From contig JALVPN010000146.1 of assembly GCA_027031765.1 (NCBI GenBank), forward strand, positions 1-30,780: a DNA stretch of 30,780 nucleotides, written 5' to 3'. Shown in pieces: positions 26,022-30,780 of the stretch. Both the position numbers and the translations under genes were made by a program. Numbering within the stretch: the stretch's first letter is position 1; each line of letters begins with the position of its first letter. The notes below the pieces were generated by a model, which did no database searches, was not told the origin of the DNA, and saw nothing but the letters and a program-made list of their open reading frames with translations. This DNA is from Promethearchaeota archaeon. Lineage in GTDB: Archaea; Asgardarchaeota; Thorarchaeia; Thorarchaeales; Thorarchaeaceae.

Positions 26022-27593
26022 CTATGCTGTGCGCCTTGGACCTGGTGACACAGTGGTCGCGGTCAGGACTTGCATGGCGGTACAGGCACCGGTACCTGAC
26101 AGGGCTGGCAGCATCCAGTCCACATGGTCAGCTGCAGGTGCCGTGTCGTCGGACGCACCGCTTGCGGTCGTGTTGTTGTGTCCAACACTGAAGACATGGA
26201 CTATCGGGTAGTCGTCGTTCCAGTCGCCGCCCGCCGGTTCTCCCCGGTATTCGAACACGTAGAGGAGCCCGTCTTGGCGGTCGAACGTGCAGCACCCAAT
26301 GCGGTACTTGTTGCGTTCAGGGGGGAAGGCGGGGTGGTTGACCTTGTCGACGTTGTAGAGGTAGCTGTCCAGACTCAGCGTTGCATAGGGCTGTGGCACG
26401 TACGGGTCGAGTGTCCCGTTCGCCACGGCAATCAGCTGGTCGGGGTCGTAGAATATCATCTGGGCCTCGAACGAGGTGCTCCAGTAGCCCCGGTCATCAT
26501 GCGGGTAGTCCGGGACCGTGCCCGTGAAGGGCGAGCCGTCTGTTGGATATACTGTGCCGTCGGAGAAACCGTACCAGCAGTCACCTTTCCCCTTGGTGCC
26601 AACAAAGATGACGGCGGCCCTGTCACCTGCCGTGAGCCATGCCCCGCCCACCCACTCGTCAGAGTCGTGGTAGCTGTCAAGGGTGTGGCCACCGCCATAG
26701 TCCCAGCCATCAAGGTGCGTGCTCGAGTAGCCGAGGAGGCGTCTTGCAGTGAGCTGGGCCCCATCCGGAGGCGGGTTGCCGTCCTGCCACGGGGCAATGG
26801 CATAGAGGTTGGGGCCCTGTCCACCATGTCCACCCTCACGGAACCGACCGGTGGCAAGGTAGAAGCCAGCAAGGGACGGGTCACTGTCAGCATACTCGCG
26901 TGGGACCTCGAACATGTAGTCGTTCGTCTGGTACAGCTCGAGAAAGGTGCTCCCGACACGCCAAGCGCCTGCGGCATTTGAGAAGTCAAGGTCACACCAC
27001 ATGTGAGATGGACGGTCCTGTTCGTCGGTCTGGAAGTGAGCACCCCAACACGCATAGAGCTTGTCGGAGGTCTGCGCCCCCTGTGCAGGCAGGTACGCAA
27101 GGCCGCCCACTCGGATGTCCGCAGCAGAGAACAGCTCATCGAGCTCCCCGACACCAGCCCGGATGTTTGTGAAGCCCCTGAGCAGCGTTGCAGTGTTCAG
27201 TGCTGAGAGGTCGCGTGAGACCACCGGCTCCGGGATGCTGACCTCGGCGACCCACATGGAGCCCGCATGGCCAATGACGTAGATGGAGCCGGGATAGGCG
27301 TCATCGTTTCCGGGGTCGCCGTCGGGACAGTAGGCAGCGCCCGTGCCACCCCACGACCAGTCGACACCACCGTCAACATAGGGCAGCCTGAAAGCGCCGA
27401 TGTACGTGAGGTCAGACGGTAGCAGTAGGTCTGATGCCGGCTGGGGCGGAGAACCCCCGTCACCTCCGTCGCCTCCGTCGTCCCCACCGGTTCCTTCTCC
27501 TGTGGTCTGCGTGCTCAAGTAGAGGAGGCCCACTGCCGATGCCACTACGAGCACGAGCACGGCAGTAAGGGCAACATACTTCTTTGCTGTCAT
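26022..27593 (-). CDS. N-terminally anchored extracellular hypothetical protein, probable beta-propeller
   Basis: ATG 27593 (track 27638) then KKYVALTAVLVLVVASAVGLLYL, GGD linker, then LLLPSDLTYIGAFRLP...YCPDGDP...YPGSI and IGCCTFDRQDGLLYVFE blade-like motifs; Asp/Gly/Tyr/Trp rich. Confidence 0.75.
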   Translation of the reverse strand: MTAKKYVALTAVLVLVVASAVGLLYLSTQTTGEGTGGDDGGDGGDGGSPPQPASDLLLPSDLTYIGAFRLPYVDGGVDWSWGGTGAAYCPDGDPGNDDAYPGSIYVIGHAGSMWVAEVSIPEPVVSRDLSALNTATLLRGFTNIRAGVGELDELFSAADIRVGGLAYLPAQGAQTSDKLYACWGAHFQTDEQDRPSHMWCDLDFSNAAGAWRVGSTFLELYQTNDYMFEVPREYADSDPSLAGFYLATGRFREGGHGGQGPNLYAIAPWQDGNPPPDGAQLTARRLLGYSSTHLDGWDYGGGHTLDSYHDSDEWVGGAWLTAGDRAAVIFVGTKGKGDCWYGFSDGTVYPTDGSPFTGTVPDYPHDDRGYWSTSFEAQMIFYDPDQLIAVANGTLDPYVPQPYATLSLDSYLYNVDKVNHPAFPPERNKYRIGCCTFDRQDGLLYVFEYRGEPAGGDWNDDYPIVHVFSVGHNNTTASGASDDTAPAADHVDWMLPALSGTGACTAMQVLTATTVSPGPRRTA

Positions 27594-27837
27594 CTGGTAC
27601 CACCCAGACAGAATAGAGTGGGTTACGTAAGACCGCAATATATCCGTTGCCCGTAGGGATGTCGGACTGGTGGCACGGTCCTACCAGTGTCGGGACCAAT
27701 GGGCGGGGCTCTGGGCGGCCACGTCCAAGGCCGGGACCCGTGGTCGCCGTGCGGACTGACCCGTCTTCCGGACGGTACTCAATACCAACCATTCAAGAGG
27801 GGGTTGCGTGCAGGTCTGCAACGAGGTGTACAGGCAG

Positions 27838-28881
27838 TTGGCTAGACCGTTCAGAGTACTCCAAGTAGGACTTGGCACAATCGGGGTCAGGATTGCACGG
27901 GCGCTACTGGACCGAGAGAACATGAGGCTCGTAGCAGCCGTGGACGTGGACCCGCGGTACGTTGGCCGGACAGTGGAGGAGATAGCCCTGGAAGGGTCTG
28001 GCGGCAACATCCGCGTCCATGGCTCTGTAGAAGAGGCGCTCTCAAGTACAAGCCCCGGGCCTGATGTGGCCCTCGTCGCAACTGCGTCGGCACTGGAGAA
28101 GGTCGCACCTGTTATCAAGGCCTGTCTTCGAGCGGGGCTGGATGTCGTGTCAATCTGTGAGGAGCTGTCGTTCCCATTTGCGCGACACGCCGCACTTGCA
28201 GCCGAGACCGACAGGTTGGCTAGGGAGGCAGGCAAGACAGTTCTCGGCACCGGCATTAACCCGGGCTACCTAATGGACACCCTGCCAATCATGATGTCAG
28301 CACCGGTGACGAGGGTGGACGCAGTCACTGTGACGAGGGTGATTGACAGCAGCAAGAGGCGGGCGTCCTTCCAGCTCAAGATTGGCAGCGGGATGACGGT
28401 CGATGAGTTCAGGGAGGCGATTGGCAGTGGCAAGATCACAGGCCATGTCGGCCTTGAGGAGTCCATGCGCATGATCGACTCGGCGCTAGGCCTTGGCCTC
28501 GACGAGTTCACCGAGCACCTTCCGGAGCCTGTCGTGGCCAAGGAAGAGGTCACAACGCCGGTCGTCAAGATACCGGAGGGACACGTACTCGGTCTCAAGA
28601 GCGTCGGCGAGGGTCGGCGGGGAGGTGAGACCGTCCTGCGACTCGAGTTCAGCGCCTTCGCGGGGGCCAGCCCGGAGTACGACGAGGTGCGGATAGAGGG
28701 CGAGCCGGGGCTGACCGAGCGTATCGAGGGTGGCGTGCACGGTGACACCGGGACGGTCGCCATGCTCCTCAATGTGGTGCCACTGGTAGTCCGCGCACCG
28801 CCGGGGCTATCTACGATGAAGGACATCCCGGTACCGAGGAACACTGCAAGGATAATGTATGACGATGGCGGGGGCAACTAG
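27838..28881 (+). CDS. 2,4-diaminopentanoate dehydrogenase-like / native amine dehydrogenase family (DapB-like Rossmann)
   Basis: VLQVGLGTIG Rossmann, VVSICEELSFP, GTGINPGYLMDTL, GGVHGDTGTVAMLLNVVP.V..APPGL.TM.D.P. TTG 27838 with GAGGTG 9 nt upstream preferred over track start 27808. Confidence 0.85.
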   Translation: MARPFRVLQVGLGTIGVRIARALLDRENMRLVAAVDVDPRYVGRTVEEIALEGSGGNIRVHGSVEEALSSTSPGPDVALVATASALEKVAPVIKACLRAGLDVVSICEELSFPFARHAALAAETDRLAREAGKTVLGTGINPGYLMDTLPIMMSAPVTRVDAVTVTRVIDSSKRRASFQLKIGSGMTVDEFREAIGSGKITGHVGLEESMRMIDSALGLGLDEFTEHLPEPVVAKEEVTTPVVKIPEGHVLGLKSVGEGRRGGETVLRLEFSAFAGASPEYDEVRIEGEPGLTERIEGGVHGDTGTVAMLLNVVPLVVRAPPGLSTMKDIPVPRNTARIMYDDGGGN

Positions 28882-28884
28882 GCA

Positions 28885-30192
28885 GTGCTCGAAGACTACA
28901 GGCGCAGGACACCCAAGAGCAGGGAGCTGTTCGAGAGGGCGCAGCGTGTCTTCGCAGGGGGCGTGAACCACAACCTCCGTACCTTCGGCCTCACGACTGT
29001 TGGTGCCTATCCGCCCTTCATGTGCCGGGGTGAGGGGTCAAGCCTCTTCGATGTGGACGGCAACAGGTACATAGACTGGTGGATGACGCACTTCTCACAG
29101 GTCCTCGGTCACGGGCACACGGCGGTCACAGGTGCCGTCGCCCAGCAGGTGTCCCTCGGGACTCACTTTGGTACCCTCAATGAGGCACAGGTCCTGCTCG
29201 CAGAGGAGCTCCAGAGGGCAGTCCCCTTCATGGAGAAGATGCGCTTCTGTACCACTGGTAGCGAGGCCACCATGTACGCAGCACGACTGGCCCGACTCTT
29301 CACTGAGAGACCCCTTGTGGCAAAGGCACGTGGTGGCTGGCATGGTGGGAATGACACGCTTGGCTACCACCTCAAGTTCCCGTTCTCCGACGACCCCTTC
29401 TACAACGGGGTGTCATTCGACTTCAACGACACAGACAGCGTCGACGCCCTCATGGAGCGACACGGCAATGAGCTGGCGGCCGTAATCGTTGAGCCGGTGC
29501 TCGGTGCTGGTGGCGGGATACCGCCAGGACCAGGGTTCCTCCAGTACCTCCGCGAGGAGACCGAACGGGTCGGCGCACTCCTGATATTCGATGAGATAAT
29601 CACTGGCTTTAGGTTCTGTTATGGCTCGGCCGGGACTGGCGTCTTCGGTGTCCAGCCCGACCTTGTCACACTGGGCAAGATAGTCGCCGGTGGGATGCCA
29701 CTCGGTGTCTATGGCGGCCGGGAGGACGTGATGTCGCTTGCAGCCCCGGGTGCAAAAGGCGGTAGATGGGTGGGTGGCGGCACCTTTTCCGGTCACCCGC
29801 TATCAATGGTCGCAGGACTGGAGACCCTCGCTGCCCTCAAGACAAGGCGCGACGACTATGAGACGCTGAACAAGAGGGGCGACCACTTCCGTAGGAGGCT
29901 GAACGCCGTCTTTGAGGAGCTCGGCGCCCCCGCACTGTCCACCGGCACCGGTTCGATTGTCTTCATAGCGTGGTTGGAACACCCACTCGACCCAGACACC
30001 CCGCTCACGGCCACCAGGTTGGGCAGCGCAGTGGACCATGCCAGACTCGACGAGTTCCAGGCCCGCCTGATTGAGAAGGGGGTCTTCGGGTACCACGGCC
30101 TCGGTGCCATGTCATTCGCACACTCAGATGAAGACCTTGAGCAGACCTTGGGCGCAGTGGAGTCTGTGACGGTGGAGATGACCGGCAGGTGA
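28885..30192 (+). CDS. Class-III PLP aminotransferase, glutamate-1-semialdehyde aminomutase (HemL)-like
   Basis: [52 protein letters not shown] (PLP lysine), [14 protein letters not shown]; starts 3 nt after the upstream stop. Confidence 0.9.
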   Translation: MLEDYRRRTPKSRELFERAQRVFAGGVNHNLRTFGLTTVGAYPPFMCRGEGSSLFDVDGNRYIDWWMTHFSQVLGHGHTAVTGAVAQQVSLGTHFGTLNEAQVLLAEELQRAVPFMEKMRFCTTGSEATMYAARLARLFTERPLVAKARGGWHGGNDTLGYHLKFPFSDDPFYNGVSFDFNDTDSVDALMERHGNELAAVIVEPVLGAGGGIPPGPGFLQYLREETERVGALLIFDEIITGFRFCYGSAGTGVFGVQPDLVTLGKIVAGGMPLGVYGGREDVMSLAAPGAKGGRWVGGGTFSGHPLSMVAGLETLAALKTRRDDYETLNKRGDHFRRRLNAVFEELGAPALSTGTGSIVFIAWLEHPLDPDTPLTATRLGSAVDHARLDEFQARLIEKGVFGYHGLGAMSFAHSDEDLEQTLGAVESVTVEMTGR

Positions 30193-30486
30193 GCAGACGG
30201 GTAACGGGACCCACACCCAGCCACACCACCCCGCTCCCATGAAAGGACTGATAGTGAGCGGGCTCTACACAGGTGTAGGGGGCCATTCCATCGCGGAGAG
30301 TCCATGGACAGCTGGGGAGCACAGACCGTCCGGACGGGCTGCAGTGGTGCGCCCGTGCTAGGCCGGGGTCAGGCATACGACCCTACAAGACAGTGGGCGA
30401 ACGTACCACATCTTTGGCACAGGTGAGACGTATGGGTGGCAGCCACTGCTCCGCCCAGAAAAGGGACTCCGAGTGGTGTGAGAAGT

Positions 30487-30507
30487 GCGGGCCCGGGAAG
30501 GGCCCGC
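30487..30507 (-). terminator. GC-rich hairpin 23 nt downstream of the minus-strand stop at 30531
   Basis: Perfect 8-bp stem GCGGGCCC/GGGCCCGC with 5-nt loop. Confidence 0.35.
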
Positions 30508-30530
30508 GACACTGCACGGTCAGAAGGCCG

Positions 30531-30779
30531 CTACAGTGTGAACCCAACATTCGTGTTGCCGTCGAACTCCTGCGGCGTGTCACCACCACCATGCGGATAT
30601 GCGGAGACCGCGTAGTCGAAGCAGTCTTCCATGAGCGTGTTGGGGTTGCTGCCAAAGTGGTTGATGAGACCGTACTCAAGGAAGTAGTACGTCCAGGCCC
30701 CGTTCTGGTGGTCCGAATCGTCGTAGCCGTAGCCATTCTGTGTACAGGTGGTGGTCATGTAGACCGCACCACTGTTGGA
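30531..30779 (-). CDS. 3' end of a probable caspase-family (clan CD) peptidase-like protein, truncated by the window
   Basis: Open frame to the window edge: SNSGAVYMTTTCTQNGYGYDDSDHQNGAWTYYFLEYGL...YAVSAYPHGGGDTPQEFDG; resembles the caspase-like C-terminal half (G.WTYY; PQ.FDG). The catalytic His/Cys region is outside the window. Confidence 0.5.
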   Translation of the reverse strand, partial: SNSGAVYMTTTCTQNGYGYDDSDHQNGAWTYYFLEYGLINHFGSNPNTLMEDCFDYAVSAYPHGGGDTPQEFDGNTNVGFTL

Positions 30780-30780
30780 C

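Noticed and set aside
25733-26191. Cys-rich plus-strand ORF with two CxxC motifs
   Set aside because: TTG start without a clear SD, overlaps the antisense 3' end of a real gene, and TGT/TGC triplets are common in non-coding frames of this sequence. No zinc-finger or ferredoxin spacing recognised.
28885-30192. Naming this gene hemL
   Set aside because: The substrate-binding N-terminal motif diverges and there is no tetrapyrrole gene context; only family-level assignment is supported.
30230-30262. SECIS element or hammerhead ribozyme
   Set aside because: ATGA/CTGA lack the intervening helix II of a SECIS, no upstream gene needs UGA readthrough, and the order and spacing of CTGA and GAAA do not fit a hammerhead core.
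30290-30535. RNase P or SRP RNA look-alikes (GGAGAGTCC, CAGAAGGCCGCTAC, GGCCCGGGAAGGG)
   Set aside because: The two putative P4 strands are not complementary, the 3' motif overlaps a stop codon, and the SRP helix-8 context (GGAAGGGAGCA) is missing.

Overview
GC-rich archaeal chromosomal window. Thr-rich linker plus C-terminal TM anchors, DUF2341 proteins and a permuted family-5 binding protein point to Asgard archaea, probably Thorarchaeota (inference). Contents in order: SCP2-domain protein, YbjN-like protein, 1090-aa GNAT fusion, GTP-dependent PEPCK, a minus-strand unit (pseudo-receiver/PAS histidine kinase, DUF2341/beta-propeller surface protein, small membrane protein), then a co-oriented protein-scavenging trio of M29 aminopeptidase, circularly permuted peptide-binding protein and a 3484-aa membrane-anchored subtilase on a stalk of 24 tandem ~85-aa Ig-like repeats. 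These are followed by an orphan DUF2283 gene, an anchored beta-propeller-like protein, an amine-dehydrogenase plus HemL-like aminotransferase pair, and the 3' end of a probable caspase-family gene. I found no rRNA, tRNA, CRISPR array, transposase or integrase. The best leads are the giant protease with its recombining 510-bp repeat array, a candidate structured leader in front of it, the circular permutation of the binding protein, and an apparent ATA start codon for the kinase. All family assignments come from motif recognition by eye; no searches were run.
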